From Pseudomonadota bacterium (GTDB lineage: Bacteria > Desulfobacterota > WTBG01 > JAPLJA01): a stretch of 64,000 nucleotides of DNA. The translations under genes and the position numbers were made by a program. The notes below the pieces were generated by a model that saw nothing but the letters and a program-made list of their open reading frames with translations, was not told where the DNA came from and made no database searches. The stretch covers positions 4,901 through 68,900 of the forward strand of contig JAPLJA010000033.1 in NCBI GenBank assembly GCA_026388815.1. The letters are read 5' to 3'. This document shows positions 1 through 9,387 of this stretch, piece after piece (within the stretch, counting starts at the first letter, position 1; every line of letters begins with the position of its first letter).

Positions 1-330
1 AATGAGGGCAGACAGACCCGCGACTTTCAGTATGTGAAAGATGCGGTTCATGCATACTGCCTGGTTCTCATGAAGGGTGCGGAACTGGCGGGAAAGGTAT
101 TCAACATTGGCACCGGGAAGCAGACCTCGGTTATCGATCTGGCTAAAATGATTTTGAAGATTACCGCTTCCCGGTCTCCGGTTCTCTACGAGGAGGGGCG
201 CTCTGCGGATCTCATGTCACTTGAGGCAGATTATTCTGATATCAATGCGTCTACCGGGTGGATGCCCAGATACACCCTCGAGGATGGCCTTAAGCAGACA
301 GCAGACTGGTATAAGAGGTTTATCAGATGA
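1..330 (+). CDS. NAD-dependent epimerase/dehydratase, C-terminal part (5' end outside window)
   Basis: Frame 1 is open from base 1: GRQTRDFQYVKD, VFNIGTG and GWMPRYTLEDGL match the extended-SDR C-terminus. Confidence 0.85.
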   Translation, partial: NEGRQTRDFQYVKDAVHAYCLVLMKGAELAGKVFNIGTGKQTSVIDLAKMILKITASRSPVLYEEGRSADLMSLEADYSDINASTGWMPRYTLEDGLKQTADWYKRFIR

Positions 331-1271
331 GAGTCCTGGTTACGGGGGGAGCAGGTTTTATCGGGAGATGGGTGGTAAAACAACTGCTCCAGAAAAATGT
401 GCATGGCCCTCTCCACATTTCGGTACTGGATAACCTCTCCAATGGGAGCAGAAAGAATATCGCTGAATTTGAAGAAGAGAAAGAATCCTTTACCTTCATC
501 CAGGGTGATATCCGTGATCGAAAGCTTCTCCAATTGTTGTTTAAGGAAGGTTTTGACCTGCTCATCCATCTGGCAGCAAGCATTAATGTTCAAGAGAGCC
601 TTCTGGATCCTCAGGAGACCTTTGAGAATGATGTAGTGGGAACCTTTAACCTGCTGGAAGAAGCAAGGAAAAGAAACACCAGGTTTGTTTACATCAGTAC
701 CTGTATGGTGTATGCACGGGCTGAACATAAGGCTATCCGTGAGGATGATCCCCTCTCTCCTGCCTCTCCCTACGCCGGTTCAAAGCTGGCCGGAGAAAAT
801 CTGGTTGAATCCTATTATCGTGGCTACGGGCTGCCGGCGCTTATCTTAAGACCGTTTAACACCTACGGGCCGTTCCAGAAGAGCAATCAGGAGGGAGGAG
901 TAGTGGCCATCTTCATAGAAAAGGCCCTGAAAGGGGAGGAGATTCCAATCTTTGGTGACGGGGAACAGACACGCGATTTCCTCTATGTCGAGGATTGCGC
1001 TGAATTTATCGTGAAGGCCTCTTTTTCCGAGGCAGCAACAGGCCAAGTGATCAATGCCGGTTCAGGCCAGGATATCACGATAAACGATCTCGGGAGAATC
1101 GTTTGCCCGGATGAGAGAAAGATACGTTATCTCCCCCACCATCACCTCCAGTCTGAGATAAAGAGGCTGCTCTGCGATTCTACCAAGGCAAAGTCCCTCC
1201 TTGGCTGGGGACCGGGGACATCATTGAAAGAGGGAATTGCAAAGACGATGGACTGGATGAGGACGAGATGA
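327..1271 (+). CDS. NAD-dependent epimerase/dehydratase (extended SDR)
   Basis: TGGAGFIG Rossmann motif, YAGSK catalytic YxxxK, GDGEQTRDF; ATGA overlap with upstream gene. Confidence 0.92.
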   Translation: MRVLVTGGAGFIGRWVVKQLLQKNVHGPLHISVLDNLSNGSRKNIAEFEEEKESFTFIQGDIRDRKLLQLLFKEGFDLLIHLAASINVQESLLDPQETFENDVVGTFNLLEEARKRNTRFVYISTCMVYARAEHKAIREDDPLSPASPYAGSKLAGENLVESYYRGYGLPALILRPFNTYGPFQKSNQEGGVVAIFIEKALKGEEIPIFGDGEQTRDFLYVEDCAEFIVKASFSEAATGQVINAGSGQDITINDLGRIVCPDERKIRYLPHHHLQSEIKRLLCDSTKAKSLLGWGPGTSLKEGIAKTMDWMRTR

Positions 1272-2125
1272 AGGTTGTTATTACCGGATCCTCAGGTTTC
1301 ATTGGCAGTCATCTCCTCCATGCCTTGAAGCATCTCCCGGCGATTAAACTCTGTCCGTTTCAGCCGGGCGTTCACAGCCTCTTCGATCCCGAGAGCCTGA
1401 AGCCCCTGCTGGAAAAAAGCAGGATTGTATACCATCTCGCCGGTGCAAACCGGGCTGTGCCCCATGAATTGATGGGGGTAAATGTGATCGGTACCCTCAA
1501 TGTGCTTGAGGCTATGAGGCAGGTCGCTGATGCTGATGTTAAGCTTGTTTTTCTCTCTTCCTTCCAGGTGTACCGCCCCACCCCGGAACCGGTCATGGTG
1601 GATGAATCCTTCCCCCTTGAGCCGGAAACACTATACGGTATTTCTAAAAAGATGGGGGAAGACTTGATTGGTTTCTATGCATTTCCATCCGTCATTTTTA
1701 GATCATCCAATACGTATGGTCCTGGATGCCGCCCTTATTACCATTCAGTTATTTCCACCTTTTGTGATCAGATAGTGAGGGATAGGCCTTTAACTGTAAA
1801 TGGAACTGGTGAGCAGTTGAGAGATTTTATCTATATAGATGATGTTATAAGCGCACTGATAAAGACTATGGAGTATACAGTTAAGACAGTTGAGGTTTTC
1901 AATCTGTGTTCAGGAAGGCTTGCCTCATTAAAGGAGGTGACTAATACCCTTCAGGATATTTCAGGAAAGGAGATCCAGATAACAAGTAAGACAATTCTTG
2001 AAGACTATAGGGTTCTCAAAGGAAACAATGAAAAAGTAAAAGAAATGCTCAACTGGTCTCCTGAAGTTGATCTGCGGGAGGGTCTTGAGCAGACCTACAG
2101 GTGGTTTGAGAGGGGAAACAGATGA
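1268..2125 (+). CDS. NDP-sugar reductase/epimerase resembling the N-terminal domain of CapF/FnlB/WbjC
   Basis: TGSSGFIG, HLAGANR, YGISK and CRPYYHSVISTFC resemble CapF-family motifs. Confidence 0.8.
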   Translation: MKVVITGSSGFIGSHLLHALKHLPAIKLCPFQPGVHSLFDPESLKPLLEKSRIVYHLAGANRAVPHELMGVNVIGTLNVLEAMRQVADADVKLVFLSSFQVYRPTPEPVMVDESFPLEPETLYGISKKMGEDLIGFYAFPSVIFRSSNTYGPGCRPYYHSVISTFCDQIVRDRPLTVNGTGEQLRDFIYIDDVISALIKTMEYTVKTVEVFNLCSGRLASLKEVTNTLQDISGKEIQITSKTILEDYRVLKGNNEKVKEMLNWSPEVDLREGLEQTYRWFERGNR

Positions 2126-2523
2126 AGGGCGTTGAGGTAAAGCGGCTCGATATAAAGAGGGATGAGAGGGGGTGGCTGGTTGAAGTCCTGAGGAGTGAAG
2201 CGCTGAAGAGAGGAGACAGGTTCGGCCAGTTCCTGATTACCACGGCTTATCCCGGTTATATCAAGGGCAATCACTATCATACCCGGAAGTTTGAATGGTA
2301 CTGTGTAATCAGGGGAGAGGGTAAGCTGGTCCTCGAGGATAATGCAAGTGGGGAAAGGGAAGAGATGGCCCTCAGCGAAGAAGGGATCACTTTGGTAATG
2401 ATTCCTCCCGGCATCACCCACGCCATCGAGAATACGGGCAAGGATATTCTCTCCGTGCTCATCTACATTGATGAGCCCTTCAATGAGTCAGACCCCGATA
2501 CCTTCTTTAAGAAGATTACCTGA
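2122..2523 (+). CDS. Cupin (WxcM/CapF C-terminal-like sugar epimerase)
   Basis: DERG, KGNHYH..K.E, IPPGITHAIEN, FNESDPDTF. Confidence 0.85.
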   Translation: MKGVEVKRLDIKRDERGWLVEVLRSEALKRGDRFGQFLITTAYPGYIKGNHYHTRKFEWYCVIRGEGKLVLEDNASGEREEMALSEEGITLVMIPPGITHAIENTGKDILSVLIYIDEPFNESDPDTFFKKIT

Positions 2524-2524
2524 G

Positions 2525-3544
2525 ATGCCTCGTTCTGCTCTTGTTTCCGTGATCGTCGTAAACTGGAATGGCAGGGAACACCTTGAGGACTGTTTCACTT
2601 CCCTTTTACTCCAGACCCATTCCCCCCTGGAGATCCTGATGGTGGACAATGGCTCAGTTGATGGATCAGTGGAATATGTAAAGGAAAGATTCCCTCAGGT
2701 GAAAACAATTGAGAATGCATCCAACCTGGGTTTTGGCGCAGCGGTGAATGCGGGGTATAAAAGGGCTGAAGGTGAGTACCTTCTCTTTCTCAATAATGAT
2801 CTCTATCTGAAGGAGACCTGTATCGAGGAAATGCTGAAGCTGCTTCATACACAGGGATGTGGCGCCGTCGTTCCCAAAATCCTCCTCTTCAACGAAAGGG
2901 ACACCATTAACTCTTTCGGGAACGTGATCAACTTCCTCGGATTGGCCTGCCCAAAGTATATCTGGGAGAAGGATAGGCAGGATATGGAGGTGGAGGAGAC
3001 CAGTTGCGGCGGTATCTTCCTGCTCAGGAAGGATTTTATGGAGAGCCTCAAGGGATTTGATGAAGACTTCTTCATGTACCATGAAGACCATGATCTCTCT
3101 TGGAGGATCCGGCTCCAGGGGAAGAGGCTGCTGGTGGACCCGCGGGCAGTGATCTACCATAAATACCAGTTCAGCAAGAGTCCCGGCAAATTCTACTACT
3201 CAGAGAAGAACCGCCTCCAGCTCCTCTTCAAGAATTACAGCCTGAAGACGCTCCTCCTCATCTCACCGGCCCTTATCATCGTGGAGCTGGCTGAAATCTG
3301 CTTTTCTCTGACCAGCGGCTGGTTCTGGAAAAAGATTGGAAGTTATGATGAAATGTTATCCTCCCTACCAGGGATCAGGGCGAAACGGAAAATCATACAG
3401 CAGGAAAGAAAGGTTTCAGACCGGGAGATCGTAAAGATTTTTACAGGAGAATTGAAGATAAGCGGGGTTAATAATTTCCTGCTGGACAGGGTATTGAGTC
3501 CGCTCTTGAGTTGTTATTGGAAGCTCATCAGAGGTTTGATCTGA
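2525..3544 (+). CDS. Glycosyltransferase family 2 (WbbL-like)
   Basis: VSVIVVNWNG, VDNGSVDGS, NLGFGAAVN, FLNND, GFDEDFFMYHEDHDL; start placed at ATG 2525 just after the upstream stop. Confidence 0.9.
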   Translation: MPRSALVSVIVVNWNGREHLEDCFTSLLLQTHSPLEILMVDNGSVDGSVEYVKERFPQVKTIENASNLGFGAAVNAGYKRAEGEYLLFLNNDLYLKETCIEEMLKLLHTQGCGAVVPKILLFNERDTINSFGNVINFLGLACPKYIWEKDRQDMEVEETSCGGIFLLRKDFMESLKGFDEDFFMYHEDHDLSWRIRLQGKRLLVDPRAVIYHKYQFSKSPGKFYYSEKNRLQLLFKNYSLKTLLLISPALIIVELAEICFSLTSGWFWKKIGSYDEMLSSLPGIRAKRKIIQQERKVSDREIVKIFTGELKISGVNNFLLDRVLSPLLSCYWKLIRGLI

Positions 3545-4560
3545 TGGCCAGGATAAGAGAAGCGTTGCGAAGAATCCTGTTTCTTCCCCCTGCCTTGCCC
3601 TCCCAGATTCAGATTGAGGTGACCAATCGCTGCAACCTGAGTTGCCTCATGTGCCCGAGGGAAGCCCTCGGTGTATCCAAAGAAGACATGCCCTTTGAAC
3701 TGTTGCAACAGGTTGTGGACAGGATCGAAGGTGTAAAGCTGGTTACCTTAACGGGATGGGGTGAGCCTTTCATCCATCCTGACCTCTTTACCATGATTCA
3801 TTATTGCAAGGGTAAGGGACTAAAGGTAAAGTTGAGCACCAATGGCACATTGGTGGATGAGGTGATGCAGAGGAGGATAGTTGATTCGGGCCTTGATAGC
3901 ATTACCTTTTCCCTCGAGAGTATCGGGGAAAAAAGTGAAGAAGGTCATAGGGGAGAAAAGGTAGTTGAGAATCTCAAGAGATTGCTGGACCTGCGAAAGG
4001 CGAAGATACCGGAGGTGGTAATCCAGGTAACCATCCATCAGGGAAAGGAAGAAGATCTCTACGAACTCATTCGTCTCGGTGCAGAGATAGGAGCAGACAG
4101 GATCAACCTGAGCCGTCTTGACCTGAGGTTCAATCCTTCTCTCAAGAGGCCGTCTCATGCAGAGGAAGAAGCGCTCTTCAGAGGAACCGAGCACCTGGGA
4201 GCGGAGAAAGGAATCCAGGTGGATTTCATTCCTTATGCAATATCTCACGGGATGGAAAGGCTATCGTACAGGATATTGAGAAAATCCCTTCACCGTTTTG
4301 GGAAATACTGCCTCAGGCTTTATGATTACCTCTATATAAATCTGAAGGGCGAAGCAACTCCATGCTGCAGCCTCCCCCTCTATTCAGTAGGTGATATCTT
4401 GAAGGAGGATCTCAGGGCAATCTGGAAAGGTGAGCAGCTAAGGGAATTTCGCAAGGAGTATAAGAGAATTTGTGGTGCCTGTGATCAGTGGAGAATTCAC
4501 TACAAAAAAATCCCAAATAGATCTATACAGTTTGATAAAGAAGCCAAGCGAAGTGAGTAG
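3544..4560 (+). CDS. Radical SAM protein with SPASM/twitch domain
   Basis: CNLSCLMC, GWGEP, STNG; C-terminal Cys pattern YC...PCC...CGAC. Confidence 0.88.
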   Translation: MARIREALRRILFLPPALPSQIQIEVTNRCNLSCLMCPREALGVSKEDMPFELLQQVVDRIEGVKLVTLTGWGEPFIHPDLFTMIHYCKGKGLKVKLSTNGTLVDEVMQRRIVDSGLDSITFSLESIGEKSEEGHRGEKVVENLKRLLDLRKAKIPEVVIQVTIHQGKEEDLYELIRLGAEIGADRINLSRLDLRFNPSLKRPSHAEEEALFRGTEHLGAEKGIQVDFIPYAISHGMERLSYRILRKSLHRFGKYCLRLYDYLYINLKGEATPCCSLPLYSVGDILKEDLRAIWKGEQLREFRKEYKRICGACDQWRIHYKKIPNRSIQFDKEAKRSE

Positions 4561-4614
4561 CGTAAATAGGCATGTCCTTCGAGAAAATGAAACTGAAGGT
4601 ACTCTATCAACTGT

Positions 4615-4650
4615 AAAAAAAGGAAGCCCCCGAAAGAAGGCTTCCTTTTT
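4615..4650. terminator. Bidirectional intrinsic terminator
   Basis: aaaaaggaagcc-loop-ggcttccttttt hairpin with A and T tails, between convergent genes. Confidence 0.8.
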
Positions 4651-4669
4651 AAAAGAGAGAGAAAATTCC

Positions 4670-6127
4670 TTATTGAGCCTGTGTCTTGGACATCACCGCG
4701 TCAATGGACTGGTAAAAGGCCTCGATTACATTATGCTGATATTTCCCTACGGGCAAACCGTTGTAGATCACCGTAGTTTTCCCTTCAACCAGTGTTCGGG
4801 TGTAGGGCACAGACCAGTCTGGGTAGTCTACCGGATCTTCAAGGCTGAACTGCTTGAAGTTTTCGTAACACTTCATGGCATGATGGAACATCGTATCAGA
4901 GTTCTCGGCTAAGAACTCAATAGGCACAGCAATGGCGTAATCATATCCGTCATTAATCGCAGTCCAGTAGGCCCGGTTGGTGGAGAGATACTTCTTCTTG
5001 GGATCCCAGATCGGGTCGGCGAACTCATCCTGACAGGTTACCACATTGGTGCGGCTGAATTTATCCTTGTAGGTGGTAGCTAACATCTGCTTTACCTCTT
5101 CCACGACCCTGTTCCGGTAAGGTGGCCCAAGCTTGAGCCATGCCTCGTGCTTGAAGTAGTCCCAGGGCATGCCATGCACGGTTACTGCCACGGTCACGCT
5201 TACCCCCTTGGGGAGTGTGTCCAGCCGGTCCTTGAGCATATCCAGGTAAGCCTGGCGTAGAGGCTGAAAATCCCCTATCTGGGGTGCTATGATTACCTTT
5301 ATCTTTTTGCCGGGGTGGGAATGCCCCCACTCCTCTATGTACTCAAAGCAGTGACGGAAGCCCGAGTTGAAGTCCTCAAAGTGTGAATAAACGGGCATGA
5401 GGGAGGACAGGACGATGGTTTCACAGCCGGCATCCAGCAGTTCGTGGATCTTTTTCTTCATCTCGTAGTAGTACATATTGCTCTCTGCCCGGCACTCGAT
5501 TCCTGGATAATTCTGTTTCAACTGGTCAAAGGTTGCGTTGATTATCTTGAAACTCTCCTGCCAGTGGGGCAGTTTTTTCTGGACATTTATCCTGCCATAA
5601 TAAAGGATCCTTGCCTTATTGGCGACCTTTCCACACACTGATGGTTGTCCACCCAGGCGGCCCTTATAGATGAAATAACCATGGTCGAGGTAGAGTTGCT
5701 TGGAAGGAGGTTTCCAGAATACCTGTCCCTGCCTGTATTTTTCGATGTAAGGGATGCCATCATAATCACGGTCGTTTCCAAAGCAGTCTTCTAAGCGGGT
5801 GGGGACGAATTCCTTGCGCATATGAACATGAGCCGGATCCAGAAGAGATACTCCCGAGTCCTTCATGGCAAACTTGTTGGCTGGCCAGGGGACAATCACC
5901 TTAAAGATCTTCTGGACAATATTGTAAAAGAACGTATGACTGTGCTTCTCCGGCATAATCAGTCCGGTGACGAAAATGCCAACCTTGCCCACAGGCGTTA
6001 TGTCCTGGGTTTTGTAATATTCATAATAGTCAGGCTTTTGCGGCTGGTTCTTATACTTGAACAACCCATATCCCGCACCAATGAGCACCACCAGTATAAC
6101 CACAAGGCTAATCAGAAATTTTTTCAT
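4670..6127 (-). CDS. Membrane-anchored ferrochelatase-fold-like protein, paralog 1
   Basis: N-terminal hydrophobic anchor; GCETIVLSSLMPVYS, TVHGMP and PIEFLAENSDT echo HemH motifs. Start set at the ATG 6 nt after GGAGG. Confidence 0.65.
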   Translation of the reverse strand: MKKFLISLVVILVVLIGAGYGLFKYKNQPQKPDYYEYYKTQDITPVGKVGIFVTGLIMPEKHSHTFFYNIVQKIFKVIVPWPANKFAMKDSGVSLLDPAHVHMRKEFVPTRLEDCFGNDRDYDGIPYIEKYRQGQVFWKPPSKQLYLDHGYFIYKGRLGGQPSVCGKVANKARILYYGRINVQKKLPHWQESFKIINATFDQLKQNYPGIECRAESNMYYYEMKKKIHELLDAGCETIVLSSLMPVYSHFEDFNSGFRHCFEYIEEWGHSHPGKKIKVIIAPQIGDFQPLRQAYLDMLKDRLDTLPKGVSVTVAVTVHGMPWDYFKHEAWLKLGPPYRNRVVEEVKQMLATTYKDKFSRTNVVTCQDEFADPIWDPKKKYLSTNRAYWTAINDGYDYAIAVPIEFLAENSDTMFHHAMKCYENFKQFSLEDPVDYPDWSVPYTRTLVEGKTTVIYNGLPVGKYQHNVIEAFYQSIDAVMSKTQAQ

Positions 6128-6302
6128 AAACACCCTCCCGTTGAACTTTTATTTTCAGATAGAAATATTAGGCATCAAATATTTTGGTATTAAAATAATA
6201 TATTCCAAAGTATCTTGTCAAGGATTTTTTGAGGTAAGAAACAGCGATGTATAATATAAATGTTGGACGAATGATGAGAAAATAGAAATGAGAAAAAACA
6301 CC

Positions 6303-6337
6303 TTGCATCTGTGTTGCGAAAGTGACACAATAATACA
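6303..6337 (+). promoter_or_regulatory. TA promoter with overlapping palindromic operator, probably leaderless
   Basis: TTGCAT-17 bp-CACAAT, ATG 7 nt later with no SD; imperfect inverted repeat TGTGTTGC-GAAA-GTGACACA. Confidence 0.6.
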
Positions 6338-6595
6338 ATGAAAACTGCAGTCGTCCACGCGCGCATTGAGCCGCAAACAAAGCAAAAGGCGGAAGGGGTC
6401 CTTCGGAAACTTGGCCTTACTCCAACGGAGGCCATCCGTATTTTCTACCGGCAAATATCCCTCCGTGGTGGATTGCCTTTCCCGGTAGCGATTCCGAATG
6501 AGCTTACGGCGTCCACCTTAGAGAAGAGCCGTCGCGGCGAAGACATTCAGGAATTCAAGTCTTTAGAGGCAATGTTCAATAATTGGGAGAAATGA
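6338..6595 (+). CDS. dinJ: RelB/DinJ-family antitoxin
   Basis: VHARIEPQTKQKAEGVLRKLGLTPTEAIRIFYRQI...GLPF...IPNELT. Confidence 0.9.
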   Translation: MKTAVVHARIEPQTKQKAEGVLRKLGLTPTEAIRIFYRQISLRGGLPFPVAIPNELTASTLEKSRRGEDIQEFKSLEAMFNNWEK

Positions 6596-6864
6596 AGAAG
6601 GTCTCGCAGACCAGGCAGTTTTCCCGGGATGTCAAGCGCATGCGGAAACGAGGGAAGGACCTGCACAAGCTGCAGGAGATTGTCAAGCTGCTGGCCGAGG
6701 GTACTCCGCTTCCAGCGTACCACAGAGACCATCCCCTCATGGGGCCGTGGCAGCCATCGCGAGACTGTCACATTGAAGCCGACTGGATCTTGATTTACAC
6801 TGCATATAGAGACTCGCTTCGTCTTGAACGGACCGGCACACACAGCGACCTTTTCAAGAGATGA
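6592..6864 (+). CDS. yafQ: YafQ-family mRNA interferase toxin
   Basis: F.RDVKR, RDHPL.G.W, RDCHIEADWILIY, RTGTHSDLF; ATGA overlap with the antitoxin. Confidence 0.92.
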   Translation: MKKVSQTRQFSRDVKRMRKRGKDLHKLQEIVKLLAEGTPLPAYHRDHPLMGPWQPSRDCHIEADWILIYTAYRDSLRLERTGTHSDLFKR

Positions 6865-6868
6865 GATC

Positions 6869-6926
6869 TTCCAACAGCTCACTCCATCGGACGGCTGATA
6901 GCCACCGCTGACCCAAGTCTTTAGGT
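6869..6926 (+). other. Degenerate attC-like site (58 bp)
   Basis: TTCCAAC-5-ACTCCATC-GGACGGCTGATAGCCACC-GCTGACC-6-TTTAGGT has attC spacing; the first G of R' is mutated to T. Confidence 0.6.
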
Positions 6927-6993
6927 GTGAGCGAAATAAGAATAGCCGCTCCCCTTTCTGCTTGTAACTGAGCGAGGTATTAATCTTACCGAC

Positions 6994-8439
6994 TCATTTA
7001 CTCTGCCACTTGGATATCACCGAATCCAGAGACTGGTAAAAGGCTTCGACCACGTGTTTCTGGTACTTACCGACAGGCAAGCCATTATAGATAACCCGGG
7101 TTTTCCCCTGCACTAATTCCCGCGTAAAGGGGACTGACCAGTCAGGATAGTCTATGGGGGTGTCAATGTTGTACTGGTCGAACTTCTCATAACACTTCAT
7201 AGCATGGTGCATAAGGGTATCAGAGTTTTCTGATAAGAACTCAATCGGAAGGCCAATAGCATAGTCATATCCATCGTTAATGGCGGCCCAGTATGCCCGG
7301 TTGGTGGACAGATACTTCTGCTTGGGATCCCAGATGGGATCAGCAAATTCATCCTGGCAGATCACCACATTGGTGCGGCTGAACTTATATTTTGCCACTA
7401 ACTGCTTTACCTCTTCGTAAATCCTATCCCGGTAAGCAGGGGCAAGTTGAAGCCATGCCTCCCATTTAAAAAAGTCCCAGGGCATGCCATGGACAGTTAC
7501 AGCAACAGTCACGCTCGACCCCTCAGAGATTGTATCCAGCCGGTCCTTGAGCATTTCCAGAAAAGCCTGACGAAGTGGCTGGAAATTACCCATCATGGGT
7601 GCCATGATTACCTTGACCTTCTTATCCGGATGAGCCTGCTGCCATTCCTCTATATACTCAAAGCAGTGACGGAAACCGGAATTAAAATCCTCAAAATGGG
7701 AATAGAGAGGCATAAATGAGGAAAGGATAATAGTCTCGCAGCCTGCATCCAGCATTTCGTGGAGCTTCTTCTTCATATCGTGATAAAACATGTTCGTTTC
7801 TGCCCTGCACTCGATATCAGGGTATTTCTGTTTCAGCCGGTCAAAGGCTGCATTGATAACCTTGAAAGTCTCCTGCCAGTGGGGAAGTTTTCTCTGCTTG
7901 GTGCCGTGTCCGTAATAATAGAGTCTCGATTTATTTGCAACCTTACCGCAGAGTGAAGGTTCCCCGCATAGGCGTCCTTTATAAAGGAAATAGCCGTGGT
8001 CTAAGTAGATTCGAGACGAAGGGGGTACCCATACAACCTGTCCCTGCCTGTATTTCTCGATATAAGGTGTTCCGTCTAAGTCCCGGTCATTCCCAAAAGG
8101 ATCTTCAAGGTGAGTGGGGATGAATTCCTCGCGGGCATGAACGTGAGCCGGATCGAGGAGCGCTACGCCCCTGTCTTTAACAGCAAGCAAGTTAAAAGGC
8201 CAGGGGACTATTACCTTAAAGATCTTACGAACAATGTTGTGAAAAAACGCGTGGCTGTGATTCTCCGGCATGATCAGTCCAGTGACAAAGATTCCTGTTT
8301 TGCCTGCCGGCGTTGTGTCCTGTGTCTTAAAGACCTCAAAATAATCCGGCTTCAGGGGTCGGTTCTTGTACTTGAACAGCGCAAAGAGACCACCAGCCAG
8401 TACTACCAGCACTACCAGAATACCAATGACAATTCCCAT
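6994..8439 (-). CDS. Membrane-anchored ferrochelatase-fold-like protein, paralog 2
   Basis: Colinear and visibly highly similar to 4670-6127 (GIFVTGLIMPE, TVHGMPW, CQDEFADPIWDP, PIEFLSENSDT); shares the leader ttcaacgggagg. Confidence 0.65.
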   Translation of the reverse strand: MGIVIGILVVLVVLAGGLFALFKYKNRPLKPDYFEVFKTQDTTPAGKTGIFVTGLIMPENHSHAFFHNIVRKIFKVIVPWPFNLLAVKDRGVALLDPAHVHAREEFIPTHLEDPFGNDRDLDGTPYIEKYRQGQVVWVPPSSRIYLDHGYFLYKGRLCGEPSLCGKVANKSRLYYYGHGTKQRKLPHWQETFKVINAAFDRLKQKYPDIECRAETNMFYHDMKKKLHEMLDAGCETIILSSFMPLYSHFEDFNSGFRHCFEYIEEWQQAHPDKKVKVIMAPMMGNFQPLRQAFLEMLKDRLDTISEGSSVTVAVTVHGMPWDFFKWEAWLQLAPAYRDRIYEEVKQLVAKYKFSRTNVVICQDEFADPIWDPKQKYLSTNRAYWAAINDGYDYAIGLPIEFLSENSDTLMHHAMKCYEKFDQYNIDTPIDYPDWSVPFTRELVQGKTRVIYNGLPVGKYQKHVVEAFYQSLDSVISKWQSK

Positions 8440-8582
8440 AACCATCCTCCCGTTGAATAAATGTTATTATCCATCAGATTGAGTTTGAGTGAGTATATAG
8501 CAAAGACGATAAAAGAAATCAATTGAATAACAGAAAAAGGATTATCCTCAAAATGAAGACTGAAAAAGGTAATGGGGGAAGG

Positions 8583-9362
8583 CTATATCTGGTATTCCAC
8601 AGGCCTGATTCTCACCGGAATGGGCTTTATCCTTGAAGGCATGCATGCTGCTGATTCTTCCGGCTGCACCTCTTTTTCTTCTGCCTTTTCAATGAAGAAC
8701 TTTTTCCTGATCATCAAGGGTATCACACCGTCAGCCTGATTCTGCTCGCGGATGAACGTTCGGATTTCTTTAAGCTCCAAAGGTGTAACGACATCCTTGA
8801 GTTTTTTCAAAACCGTTTTAATGCACTGTTGATTGAACCTCTGGTAATACATAAGAGGGTTTAAAGTTTCAAAGATCATCCGTGTCCCTTTACCCGCCTT
8901 CATTTCTGTTGCAGTTTCCTTTAATATGGTAAGAAATATTACTGCTTTTTCCATGAGAGGTTCTGGCATAACCCGGAGCCACTCCTTTTTTATCTCCCCT
9001 TCTCTCACCTCACAGGAGTAGACAATGATTTTCAGAGATCCATGAATCAGCTTATATTCCATTGGTTCATTCACGTTCTTCCGCCATTTTTTTATAACGA
9101 ATCTTTTTCTGCCGTTCGTCGCTTCGAAATAGACCTCTTTAACCGGTTCACAATAGTCCCGTTCGCTGATTGTTGTACCCGGTATGGGCTTCAGTTCCTC
9201 CAGGTCATGTCCTTTATGTTTCACCATGAGAATATCGCTGTCGTCCAGAGGTTTTTCCATAAGTACACCTTCTTCTGAGAGGTCCTGGTATTCAGGATAC
9301 TTATCAAAAGGTGTGGAAGCAAATACCTCATTACAGCTTTTACAGTGATAGAGGTTAAACAT
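8583..9362 (-). CDS. Hypothetical protein with N-terminal CxxC and HxxH (possible Zn site)
   Basis: 259-aa ORF with GGAGG upstream; CKSC and HKGH motifs. Confidence 0.65.
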   Translation of the reverse strand: MFNLYHCKSCNEVFASTPFDKYPEYQDLSEEGVLMEKPLDDSDILMVKHKGHDLEELKPIPGTTISERDYCEPVKEVYFEATNGRKRFVIKKWRKNVNEPMEYKLIHGSLKIIVYSCEVREGEIKKEWLRVMPEPLMEKAVIFLTILKETATEMKAGKGTRMIFETLNPLMYYQRFNQQCIKTVLKKLKDVVTPLELKEIRTFIREQNQADGVIPLMIRKKFFIEKAEEKEVQPEESAACMPSRIKPIPVRIRPVEYQI

Positions 9363-9387
9363 ATTGGTTTTTCCTCCAAATTTCTAA

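Larger units (their letters stand above)
6262..6926 (+). mobile_element. Putative orphan integron gene cassette carrying the TA pair
   Basis: GTTGGAC (GTTRRRY) at 6262-6268 and an attC-like structure at 6869-6926 whose R'' TTCCAAC complements it at 6 of 7 bases. Confidence 0.6.

Noticed and set aside
4472-4912. 146-aa ORF and other short antisense or overlapping ORFs in the track
   Set aside because: They are shadows of well-supported genes, have no recognisable motifs, and this one crosses the terminator.
4670-8439. Calling the paralogs hemH
   Set aside because: They are much longer, membrane-anchored and duplicated, with divergent motifs, so only a fold-level resemblance is supportable.
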